Origin: an uncultured delta proteobacterium
GTDB taxonomy: Bacteria > Myxococcota_A > Polyangia > Polyangiales > Polyangiaceae
NCBI GenBank assembly: GCA_963841435.1
Contig: CAWJCS010000003.1
Coordinates: 864,001 to 928,000, forward strand
Reading direction: 5' to 3'
Length of the DNA: 64,000 nucleotides
Position 1 is the stretch's first letter. Each line of letters starts with the position of its first letter. Below are positions 40,488 through 49,808 of this stretch, in pieces. Both the position numbers and the translations under genes were made by a program. The notes under the pieces were generated by a model, which was not told where the DNA came from, did no database searches, and worked only from the letters and a program-made list of their open reading frames with translations.

Positions 40488-41834
40488 ATGACCGGCGGAG
40501 AGCGCGAATCCGGGACCCCGCCGAGCGGAGCCGCACCCCACGGTGCACCGCGCTTCCAGAAGATCCGCCGCATGAACCGGGGGGGCATCGGTTGCATCGA
40601 CGTAGCCAGGGACCCGGTGATCGGGCGCCGCGTCGCCATCAAGGTGTTGCGCTCGGAGCTCGAGGGCAACGATGCCGCCGCGCTCAAGTTCGCCGAGGAG
40701 GCGCAGATCACGGGTCAGCTCGAGCACCCGAACATCGTGCCCATCTACGATCTCGGGTACGACGAGCGCGGTCCGTACATCGTGATGAAGCTCATCCGCG
40801 GGCTCAGCCTCGCGGAAGCGATTGCCGACGTGCGCGGCCGCGAGCGCCCCGAGCGGCTGCAGGAGCTCGTCGAGGTCGTGCTCAAGCTGTGCGATGCGCT
40901 CGCGTTCGCCCACAGCCGCGGCGTGATTCACTGCGACGTTAAGCCCGAGAACGTGATGGTGGGGGATTTCGGCCAGGTTTACCTGATGGATTGGGGGGTG
41001 GCGCTCGTCGCCTCGGGACGCGAGGGCTCCCCGAGCCAACGCGGCACGCTGCCGCCCCCCGCTTCGCCGCAAAAGGAGCCCTGCGATGCCGCCGAGCACG
41101 ACTCGTTCGTGCACATCGACATGTCCGCCGTCTCGAGCAGCAAGGTGTGGGGCACGCCGGCCTACATGGCGCCCGAGCAAGTGTCGGCCAGGAGCGAAGC
41201 CATCGACGAGCGCACCGACGTCTTCGGCATCGGCGGCATCCTGCACGAGATCCTCACGGGCCGACCGCCCAACGACTGGCAGAAGCTGATCGGGCCGGGG
41301 CTCAACCACCCGCTCGAATCGTTGCCCGACAAGAGCGACCTCTGGCCGCGCCTGCCACCGGAGCTCTGCCGCATCGCACTTAGGGCGCTCTCGCCGAAGA
41401 GCGAGGACCGCTACCCCACGATCCCCGCGCTCAAGGCCGATCTCGAGCAGTTCTTGCGCGGCGGGGGCTGGTTCGAGACCCAGACCTTCCCGCCCGGTGC
41501 CCTCGTGATTTCCGAAGGAGCGCCCGGCGACGCCGCGTACATCATCGAGAGCGGGCACGCCGACGTGTTCAAGCACATGAACGGCGAGCGCACCTTCGTG
41601 CGCCGTCTCGGCCCGGGGGAGGTCTTCGGTGAAACGGCCGTGCTCACGGGCGGCGCGCGCACCGCGACCGTCGTCGCAGTTGACGCGCTGAGGCTCAAGG
41701 TGATCACGGGTGAGTCGCTGAACCGGGAGCTCGATCTGAACCCATGGCTCGCGGCGTTCGTGCGCTCGCTCGCGAGGCTATTTAGCGAGACGGACCAGCG
41801 TCTGTCACGACCGGAGGGGCTCGGTCGCACGTAG
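40488..41834 (+). CDS. Ser/Thr protein kinase with C-terminal cyclic-nucleotide-binding domain
   Basis: VAIK, HCDVKPEN, DWG and GTPAYMAPE; CNB domain EGAPGDAAYIIESG..GEVFGETA..RTATV. Confidence 0.9.
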   Translation: MTGGERESGTPPSGAAPHGAPRFQKIRRMNRGGIGCIDVARDPVIGRRVAIKVLRSELEGNDAAALKFAEEAQITGQLEHPNIVPIYDLGYDERGPYIVMKLIRGLSLAEAIADVRGRERPERLQELVEVVLKLCDALAFAHSRGVIHCDVKPENVMVGDFGQVYLMDWGVALVASGREGSPSQRGTLPPPASPQKEPCDAAEHDSFVHIDMSAVSSSKVWGTPAYMAPEQVSARSEAIDERTDVFGIGGILHEILTGRPPNDWQKLIGPGLNHPLESLPDKSDLWPRLPPELCRIALRALSPKSEDRYPTIPALKADLEQFLRGGGWFETQTFPPGALVISEGAPGDAAYIIESGHADVFKHMNGERTFVRRLGPGEVFGETAVLTGGARTATVVAVDALRLKVITGESLNRELDLNPWLAAFVRSLARLFSETDQRLSRPEGLGRT

Positions 41835-41885
41835 GGGGCGGAGGTCGGTAGCGAGAGAAAAAACCAGCAGCGAGAGGGAGACGCC

Positions 41886-44800
41886 ATGACGGTCACGACA
41901 AGCAGCAAGAGCCTTCGTACGTTGACGGAGCTGACGCTCCTCGCGGACATCAAGCCGGGCTTCGTGCCCGTGCCCGACCTCATGTCTTACGCGACGCGCC
42001 TCGGCGCGCTGCTCAAGGCCCTGTTCGGGCTCAGGCGGCAGAGCATCGAGGCGGAGCCGTCCGGCTACGTGGGACCGCTCGAGCGCTTGCAATCGCTGCA
42101 CTTCGTGCGCTGGTCGATCCTCGAGGGGAAGAAGCTCTTGCTCGGCGTGAGCTTCGACCGCGCCTGGGAGCCTTACATTCGCGGCATCGTTGACGAAGCG
42201 GGGCCGTTTCTCGACGTGATCTTTTGCCATACCAAGGACTACGACGGGCACGCGACGAGCGACGGCTACGCGAAGTTCTCCCAGTGGGTGCGCGCGCATC
42301 AGGTTGACGTGCCGTTCTTCTACGCCGGCAATCCCGGCCTCACCGTCGACGACGAACGCTTTCTCGCCGAGTACGAGCGGCGCGTGCGCGCCGGCGACGA
42401 CGCGACGGACCTGGTGCTCCCCGAGCCCGGCGCCGAGGCACCGAAGCAAGAAGCCCCGGACATCGCCCAACGTCGCCTCCGGCGCGCGACGCGGGCGCTC
42501 GCGCTGATTCGCGAGTTTTTCCCGCCCGGGCGAGACCAGGACTTCTTCGACCACGCGGTGTTTTCGCTGCTCGAGGGCCTGGTCCCGCGCTCGGCCGGCG
42601 AGAGCATCGACGACGCGCTGAAGGCGCTCGCCGCCGCCGCGCCCGACATAGCCCAGCCGCTCGCAGCGATGCGCCAAAAAGTTCCCGGAGCGGCGCTGCT
42701 CGAGGACGACGAGGAGGCCGACGATCTGTCCGACGATCTCCAGGGTAACGTGCGCACGGGCTACCGTGGCATGACCCATGGCTGCCTCGCGCTCTTGCGC
42801 TGCGACGGCCGAAAGGCGGCGCGGAAGCTGCTCGCTCGCCTCGTCGCTCACGTGACGACCGACGCGTGCGCGAACGAAGCCAAGGAGGCCGTCAACGTGG
42901 CGCTGACGCGGGACGGCCTGCGCACGCTCGGCGTGAGCGAGGCCGAGCTCGCCGTCTTCCCCGCCGAGTTTCTCGAAGGCATGGAGGCGCGCGCCGGGCT
43001 GCTCGGCGACGTTGAGGCCGAGCATCCGTCGCGCTGGCAGCTGCCGAGGTTCGACGGCGATCCGGTGCCCCTGTCGAGCGTCGACGCAGTGCTCTCCGTG
43101 CAGGCGTCGCCCGCGAAGGTCGGGCCGAACGACCACGTGTTCGGCGCCGAGCATCCACTCGCGCCGCGGCTCGCCGCGCTGCTCGAGGGCCTCGAGGGGG
43201 TGAGCGTGCTGCACGTCGAGCCGCTCCTCAGGCGGCCACAACCTCCAACCGAGCCCTTCGTGCGCGAGCACTTCGGCTTCGTCGACGGCATCAGCCAACC
43301 GGTTCCCCGGGCGCGGCGCGCGGACGCACCGCCGTCCCGCGACGAGGTCGCGCTCGGCGAGGTCGTGCTCGGGTATCAGGACGATCACGGAGAGCGCCCT
43401 CCGGGAAGCGACGGCGGGCTGCTCAGGCACGGCAGCTTTCTCGTCGTGCGCAAGCTCGTGCAGGACGTGAGGGCGTTCCACGCGTTCGTGGCCACGTCCG
43501 GCATCCCCGCCGAGCGGCTCTACGGCGCGCTCATGGGACGCAAGCGCGACGGCGCGCCCCTCGTGGGACGCGGGGCGAAGGGAGACAACGATTTCGACTA
43601 CTCGGAAGCCGAGGCGAACCAGAAGTGCCCGGTCGCTTCGCACGTGCGCCGCACGAACCCGCGCACGCCCGATCGCCTGTCCGTGCACGGCCGGCCCATG
43701 CGCACGCCGCGCATCGTGCGGCGCGGCTTCTCGTTCGGCCCGATCGACCCCGAGATCGAAGCCCCCCGCGGCCTCGTGTTCATGGCCTACAACGCGAGCA
43801 TCGCGAATCAGTTCGAGGTGCTGCAGCGCTGGATCAACGGCGGCAACAGCACGGGCGACCTCAGCAGCCACTCCGACCCCGTCGTGAGCCACGCGCACCC
43901 GCGCGTCGTCACCGTGCCCCACGACGGCAAGCACGTTCGGCTCCAGAAAACGAAGCCGTTCGTCACGCTCGCGTGGGGCATGTACCTCTTTTCGCCATCG
44001 CGGAGCGCGCTCAGCGAGCTCGCCGCGCGCGACGAGACGCGCGACCGAGAGCTCGCGCGGGTCGACGAAGACGAGCTGGCCGCGCGGGGACACGAGATCA
44101 TCACCAAGCTCGAGCTCGCTCACGCCGTGCTCGGCGAAACCGCTGCGCGGGCAGAGTGGAAGCTCGTGCTCGAGGATCGCGGCGCGCGCGAGCAGGGGCG
44201 GGCCGTGTGGGCGGCGATCCGCCGGCGGGGCGGCGCGCTCCGCACTCCGTACGGCGTGCTCGTGGGGAGCGCCGACGCGGTGCTCGACGTGCTCGCCGAC
44301 GACGGGCGCTGCTCGGTGCGCGGCTACTACGAACGCATGGAGGCCTCCGTCGGGCCGCTCTACCTCGGTATGGACCGCTGCCCGGTCGCGCACGAGGGTG
44401 CGGGCTCGCAAGCCGACCAGCATTACGAGCGCGTGGTCCAGCCGGGAACCTACGACGCGTCGGCCGAGGCTCCCAATCGCTTCATGCGCGGCCTCACGCG
44501 CGAAGACGCCTTCTCGGCCACCCGGCAGGCGGCGCTGCTCACGCTCGCGGGGCTCGCGACGCTGAGCCCGCTCGTTGACCTTCGCTACTACGCCGCGGGA
44601 ACGGCGCGCCGCGTGTCGGAGGCTTGGTTCGGCCTGCCCAACGCGGATGAGCAGTTTCGGGAGATCTTCTCGGTCGCGGCGCAGAGCATTTTCGATCCCC
44701 ACCCGGAGCCCGTGGTGCTCGCCGAAGCGGAGAAGGCTCGCGAGAAGCTCCGCACCGCGGAGGAGAAGCTGCTCGAGACGAACCCGCCCATGCTCGCCGC

Positions 44801-45359
44801 CCTGCCCGGTTTCGACGACGAAGAGAAGAAGCGGGCGCTCGTCGGGGGCGCGCAGGGTTTCCTCGTGGCGACCGTCGCAAGCTTCGTGGGCGTCGCCGCC
44901 GACTGGCTCGAGAGCGGACGCGCCGCGCGGCTCTCGCAATGGCTGCGCACCGCGGCCCCCCGCGGGCTCACCGATCCGCACCAGAAGCCGTCGGCTGCCG
45001 ACCTCGAGGACTGCGTCTGGCTCGTGCGCGAGCTTTACGACGCGCTTCGGCGCCACCCGCAGCCGGACATCCTGTACAGAAAGGCCGTCGTCCCGAAGAG
45101 CGTGGCGGACGGTGCCGTGTTCGTCGCGCCGGGCGACACGCTGGTCGTCAGCCTGGCCTCGGCTGCGGCGGAGCGCCCGGAATCGATCGACATCCTGTTC
45201 GGCGGGGCCGATCCACGCCGCGCGGACGACCCGCATCCGCTCCACTACTGCCCAGGCAAGGAAGCGGCCATCGGCGTCATGCTCGCGCTCGCCGTGACGC
45301 TGCTCCAAGAGCACGAGCTCAGGCTCGAGGTGCCGCTGTCGATCTCGTTCAAGGCGTGA
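41886..45359 (+). CDS. Multidomain hemoprotein: unknown N-terminal domain + DyP-type peroxidase + atypical cytochrome P450 domain
   Basis: DyP: EHFGFVDGISQP, GSFLVVRKL, HVRRTNPR, RIVRRG, GLVFMAYNASIANQFE. P450: DALRRHP (ExxR-like) and FGG..HYCPG Cys ligand. RBS GAGGGAG. Confidence 0.85.
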   Translation: MTVTTSSKSLRTLTELTLLADIKPGFVPVPDLMSYATRLGALLKALFGLRRQSIEAEPSGYVGPLERLQSLHFVRWSILEGKKLLLGVSFDRAWEPYIRGIVDEAGPFLDVIFCHTKDYDGHATSDGYAKFSQWVRAHQVDVPFFYAGNPGLTVDDERFLAEYERRVRAGDDATDLVLPEPGAEAPKQEAPDIAQRRLRRATRALALIREFFPPGRDQDFFDHAVFSLLEGLVPRSAGESIDDALKALAAAAPDIAQPLAAMRQKVPGAALLEDDEEADDLSDDLQGNVRTGYRGMTHGCLALLRCDGRKAARKLLARLVAHVTTDACANEAKEAVNVALTRDGLRTLGVSEAELAVFPAEFLEGMEARAGLLGDVEAEHPSRWQLPRFDGDPVPLSSVDAVLSVQASPAKVGPNDHVFGAEHPLAPRLAALLEGLEGVSVLHVEPLLRRPQPPTEPFVREHFGFVDGISQPVPRARRADAPPSRDEVALGEVVLGYQDDHGERPPGSDGGLLRHGSFLVVRKLVQDVRAFHAFVATSGIPAERLYGALMGRKRDGAPLVGRGAKGDNDFDYSEAEANQKCPVASHVRRTNPRTPDRLSVHGRPMRTPRIVRRGFSFGPIDPEIEAPRGLVFMAYNASIANQFEVLQRWINGGNSTGDLSSHSDPVVSHAHPRVVTVPHDGKHVRLQKTKPFVTLAWGMYLFSPSRSALSELAARDETRDRELARVDEDELAARGHEIITKLELAHAVLGETAARAEWKLVLEDRGAREQGRAVWAAIRRRGGALRTPYGVLVGSADAVLDVLADDGRCSVRGYYERMEASVGPLYLGMDRCPVAHEGAGSQADQHYERVVQPGTYDASAEAPNRFMRGLTREDAFSATRQAALLTLAGLATLSPLVDLRYYAAGTARRVSEAWFGLPNADEQFREIFSVAAQSIFDPHPEPVVLAEAEKAREKLRTAEEKLLETNPPMLAALPGFDDEEKKRALVGGAQGFLVATVASFVGVAADWLESGRAARLSQWLRTAAPRGLTDPHQKPSAADLEDCVWLVRELYDALRRHPQPDILYRKAVVPKSVADGAVFVAPGDTLVVSLASAAAERPESIDILFGGADPRRADDPHPLHYCPGKEAAIGVMLALAVTLLQEHELRLEVPLSISFKA

Positions 45360-48300
45360 GGCAACGCTTGGCGCGCGCGGCGAACGCGTGCATCCCGAGC
45401 TCGCGGAACGCCTCGGGCAGCGTGCCCGCGAGGTCGCGCGCCTCCTTGGCGTCCTTTTCGCCGTGGAGCAGCTCGGCCCGCGTGAGCTGCGTCAGCAGGA
45501 GCTCTCGCCGCGACTCGTGGGAGGCCGCGACCTCTTCGGCCCGATTCGAGCTCCGATTTCGCGCGCTCGATGTCCCTTTCTCGCGCGGCAAGCCGCGCAC
45601 GCACACGGTACGCCGGCACCTCGCCCAGGCGGTCGCCCGCCTCGGCACGCTCGAGCGCCCGGCCCGCGGCCCGCGCAGCCCCCTCGTCGTCGCCCGCGGC
45701 GAAAAGCGCCTCGGCGAGGCAAGCGCACCAGAACGACAGAAACAGGCGCATCCCGCGCTCGTCGAGCCAGGACACCACGCGGCCGAGCTCACCGAGCGCC
45801 GCCGGATCGGCACCGAGCATCGCTCGCGCGAACGAGCCGAGCGCCTCGCTCGTCGCGAACACGTAGGGCCCGCTCATCCGCTCGGCGCGCAGACGGCTCA
45901 CGCTCGCGGTCTGCACGCAGTCGCCGTAACGCCCCTGCCAGACCTCTATCATACCACGGAGCCCCATCAGCGAGGCCTCGACGGCGTGCTCGGCGCCCCG
46001 CACGGCCCTGAGCGCGGTCTCCATCGTGGCAGCGCTCTCTTGAAAATCTCCCTGGTAGCCCTGCACGAGCGCCTCGACGCCGAGGGCGTACGCGAAACCC
46101 ACGGGCACGGCGCGCAAGAAGTGAGTCTTCACCTGCGTGCGCTTGAGCTCGAGGGCGCGCTCGAGCATGGCGAGAGCTTGCGTGCACTCCGCGGATGCCG
46201 CGTGCACGTGTCCTAGATTGGCGAGGAGTTGCGCCACGAGCTTGAAGCTGCCCGTGTGCTCGGCGATGGCGAGCGCGGCACGCGCGTGGGACGAGGCGGA
46301 CTTGGCATCCCCGAGCGCGTAGTGGATCCAGCTCAGCCAGTAGTGGCTGCGCGCGATCGCCTCGGGATCGTCCAGCTTGACGGCGAACTCGAGCGCCCGC
46401 TCGAGCAGCCCCACCTGCTCGGGCGCGGGGCTGAACACGCACGCCGCCGCCCATTTCCAGGCAATCTCGAGCCAGCGTCGGCGCGTGGGCGCCGACGTTG
46501 AAATGCGGTCGAGCTCGAGCATGGCGGCGCCGTATTGCTGGCGCGCGCAGTCGAGCGACGACGCCGCTGCCGCCTTGTCGCCCGCGAGCTCCGCGTACAT
46601 GCTGGCGCGCTCGGGCTCGGCGGCGCCCGCCCAATGCGCGGCGAGCGCCTCGCTCCGTTCGAGCGCGCCGCTCTCGCCGAAACAGTCTTCGATGGCGCGT
46701 GCGATGGCACCGTGCAAGCGGCGGCGCTCACCGAGCTTCACGGAATTGTACACCACCTCACGCGTGATGCCGTGCTTGAAGCGGTAGAGTCCCGAGCTAT
46801 AGCCGGCGTAAACGAGGTCGTTCTCGGCGAGCGAATCGAGCGCCTGGGCCAGACCGTCGGGGCCGACGATGCGCGAGAGCAGCCATTCCTCGAACTCGCT
46901 GCCGATCACGGCGGCCGCCTGCGAGACCAGTGAAAGCGCCGGGGGCAAGCGCTGAACGCGAGCCTGGATGAGACCGTGAATCGTGCTCGGCACGCTCTTT
47001 TCGCGACCGAGGTCGAGCTCCACGCCGTCGCGCGACAGCGCCTGGCAGAGCTCTTCCAAGAAGAGGGCATTGCCGCCCGCGCGCTCCTTCATGGCGCCCG
47101 TGGTCTCGAGATCGAGCGCCGTGGGCATGAGCGCCCGCATCATGGCGTCCACCTCGTCCGTGTCGAACGGCATCAGCTCGATGAAGCCGCTCTCGCCGGA
47201 GACCGGCGCCATCACCTTCCCGGTACGCGCGCACGTCACCACGAGCACGCGCCGGGCCTCGCGCGACAGGCCCGCCACGAGATCGGCGAGCAGCTGCCGT
47301 GAGGCGTCGTCCGCCCACTGCCAGTCGTCGAGCGTCAGAACGACGGGGCCGCGCTCGGAGAGGGCGGTGATCCATTGCACGAACGCGTTCGAGAGCGACC
47401 CGTCCTCGGACTCTTGCTTCACGGGCGCGCCGAGCGACAGCGCCTGCAACAACGCTGGCAGTTGACGCAAGAGGCGGCGATCGAGGGCAGCGAGCTCTGC
47501 TTCCACGCGGCGCGCCGACGCTTCGCGAGGCGTATCGGCCTTGAGCCCGAACGCCTGGCGGAGGATCTGCAAGAACGGTTGCAGCGGCGCGATGTTGCCG
47601 TAGCTCTCGCAGTGCCCGGCGAACGTCCGGAGCTCGGGTTGCTCGAGCCGGCGCCGAAACTCCTCGAGCAGCCGCGTTTTGCCGACGCCCGCGTCGCCGC
47701 GCACCTCGAGCACCCGGACCTTGCCCGACAGCACGGCCGCGAGCGCACCGTCGAGCGCAGCGATCTCGCGCGAGCGGCCGATGAACGTCGTGAGCCCACG
47801 CCGGGCGCGCGCCTCGAAGCGCGTCGCGACGCCCGTGCGCCCGAGCACGCGATACACGGGCACGGGCTTGCCCTTGCCCTTCAAGCGCAAAGGCTCGACG
47901 GCCCGCGTCTCGAAGAACGGCTCCACGCCGCCGAGCGCGCTCTCGCTCGCGAGGATCTCGTCGTTCCCCGCCGCCGCGCAGAGACGCGCCGCCGTGTTGA
48001 CCGGGTCGCCGACGAGCTCGTAGCGGCCCTCCGCGGGGTCGGCTTCGCGCGCGTACACGAGGCCCGCGTGGATGCCCGTGTGCAATCGCGCGATGAAGCC
48101 CGGCGGCAGATCGACGTTCGAGCTTTAGCTCGCGGATGGCGGCGTGCAGCTCGAGCGCGGCCTCCGCGGCCCTTCGCACGTCGTCCTCGCCAGGGGTCGG
48201 CAGGCCGAAGACGGCGAGGAGGCCGTCGCCGTAGAATTGATTGAGCGTGCCGCCGTGCTTCTCGATGATGCCCTTGGCGAGCGCTTTCGTGCGATGAAGC

Positions 48301-48434
48301 AGCAACGCCACGAGCTCGGGATCGCTCTCCTCGTTGAGCGCCGTGTAGTCGCAGAGATCCGAAAAAAGCAGGCCGACGTGGCACCGCCGCTCGACCGAGA
48401 CGGGCCCGTCCGACCTTTTGCCACCTCGTGTCAT
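45349..48434 (-). CDS. Class III nucleotide cyclase - AAA/STAND ATPase - TPR protein (two +1 frameshifts at ~48117 and ~45545, likely sequencing errors)
   Basis: LFSDLCDYT, NQFYGDG and GDPVNTAARL; FIGR, GDAGVGKTRL, LDDWQWAD, GGNALFLEEL and FKHG; C-terminal TPRs. Removing two bases gives one ~1027-aa frame. Confidence 0.88.
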
Positions 48435-48600
48435 CGCCGGACCGGATCCTAGAGCGCCTGCAGGCGACGTGGGAGGCCGCCCTTTTCCCCACGCGTCCGG
48501 AGTTTGCCGCTGGGCGCTCCGAGCGCGCAAAAAAGGCGTGATGCCGGCCGTAACGGGCGGCGACGGCGGGGAGGTGGGGCCCGGGAGGGGCCCGGCGGCG

Positions 48601-49779
48601 TCAGGAGCGGCGAGCCGCCTCGTGCTCGATGCGGGCGGCCTCGAGCAGCCCTGGAGATTCGAGCAGGTCCGCAGCCGTCCTGGCCATGGCCTTGGCGGCG
48701 ACCAGCATCGTTTCGTAGCCGCGCGCGCTGTCGGCACACGCGGCGAAGGCGCGCTCGTGGCAAAGCGCGTGACCCTCGTCGCAAATCGCGAGCCAAGGGT
48801 GAATCGCGGGGACGGCGAGGCTCACGTCGCCCATGTCGGTGGACGCCGAGCCCACGCTGGGATCCGTTTCACGCGGCTTACGCCCCAGCACCTCGAGGGC
48901 CGCACCGAAGCGCCGCGCCATGGCCATGTTGTTGAGCATGCCGCTGTAACCGACCTCGCGCTGGACGCGCACCTCGACATCGGAGGCGAGCGCTGCCGCG
49001 CGCGCGCAGCGCTCGACGAGATCGGCGACGGGACCCACCCCTTCGGTGGTGGGCGCGCGAACCGTGAACTCGCACGCCGCGTCCTCCACGATGATGTTCG
49101 GCGCCTGGCCCCCGTTCGTGACGATGCCGTAGATCCTCACGCCGTCTCGCAGATGAACGCGCTGAGAATCCACGAGCCGGAAGGTGTCGAGGCAGGCCGT
49201 GAGAGCGCTCTTGCCGTCCCAGGGTGCGAAGGCGGCGTGCGCGGGGACGCCATGGAACGCGACCTGCACGCGCAGCGTCGCGAGAGCCGGGTGCGCGAGC
49301 ACGTCGCGGTCGAACGGGTGAAACATCATGGCCGCATCGACGCCCTCGAACACGCCCGCTTCGATGAGCCGGATCTTACCGCCGCCGCCCTCCTCGGCGG
49401 GCGTGCCCACGAGCTCGATCGCGCCGGGCAGGGAGGCCCCGTGGCGCGCGAGCGCGAGGAACGCCCCCACGGCCGCGCCGGCGATGAGATTGTGCCCGCA
49501 GGCGTGCCCGATCTCCGGCAGCGCGTCGTACTCGGCGAGGACGGCCACGCGCGGCCCCTCGGCGGCGCCCGCCCGCGCGCGAAAGGCGGTGGCGAGCCCG
49601 CCGAGACCGCGCTCGACGACGACGCCGGCCACGCCCTCCACCATCTCGGAAATCCAGGAGCTCGCCTGCCGCTCCTCGAACGAGAGCTCGGGGTGATGGT
49701 GGATCTGGCGCGAAAGCTCGGTCAGCCGTTCCCCGAGCTCGTCAACGGCGCGATCGATGGCAGCGCGATCGAGCGGCAT
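48601..49779 (-). CDS. M20 family amidohydrolase (PM20D2/AbgB-like)
   Basis: HPELSFEE, AEYDALP..GHACGHNLI, GTPAEEGGGGK and STDMGDVS. Confidence 0.9.
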   Translation of the reverse strand: MPLDRAAIDRAVDELGERLTELSRQIHHHPELSFEERQASSWISEMVEGVAGVVVERGLGGLATAFRARAGAAEGPRVAVLAEYDALPEIGHACGHNLIAGAAVGAFLALARHGASLPGAIELVGTPAEEGGGGKIRLIEAGVFEGVDAAMMFHPFDRDVLAHPALATLRVQVAFHGVPAHAAFAPWDGKSALTACLDTFRLVDSQRVHLRDGVRIYGIVTNGGQAPNIIVEDAACEFTVRAPTTEGVGPVADLVERCARAAALASDVEVRVQREVGYSGMLNNMAMARRFGAALEVLGRKPRETDPSVGSASTDMGDVSLAVPAIHPWLAICDEGHALCHERAFAACADSARGYETMLVAAKAMARTAADLLESPGLLEAARIEHEAARRS

Positions 49780-49808
49780 GAGCCTACAATAGGGCGCTCC
49801 CCTTCCCC

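Noticed and set aside
41805-45314. 1169-aa antisense ORF, and similar long shadow ORFs (290-1426, 1712-3985, 18101-20305, 30365-32596)
   Set aside because: They mirror or overlap well-supported genes, have no motifs, and are expected from extreme GC3 bias and scarce stop codons.
45349-48434. Pycsar or Avs anti-phage system call
   Set aside because: There is no TIR, TM or nuclease effector and no defence-island context. Cyclase-AAA-TPR proteins are common myxobacterial signalling proteins. A defence role is not excluded but is unsupported.
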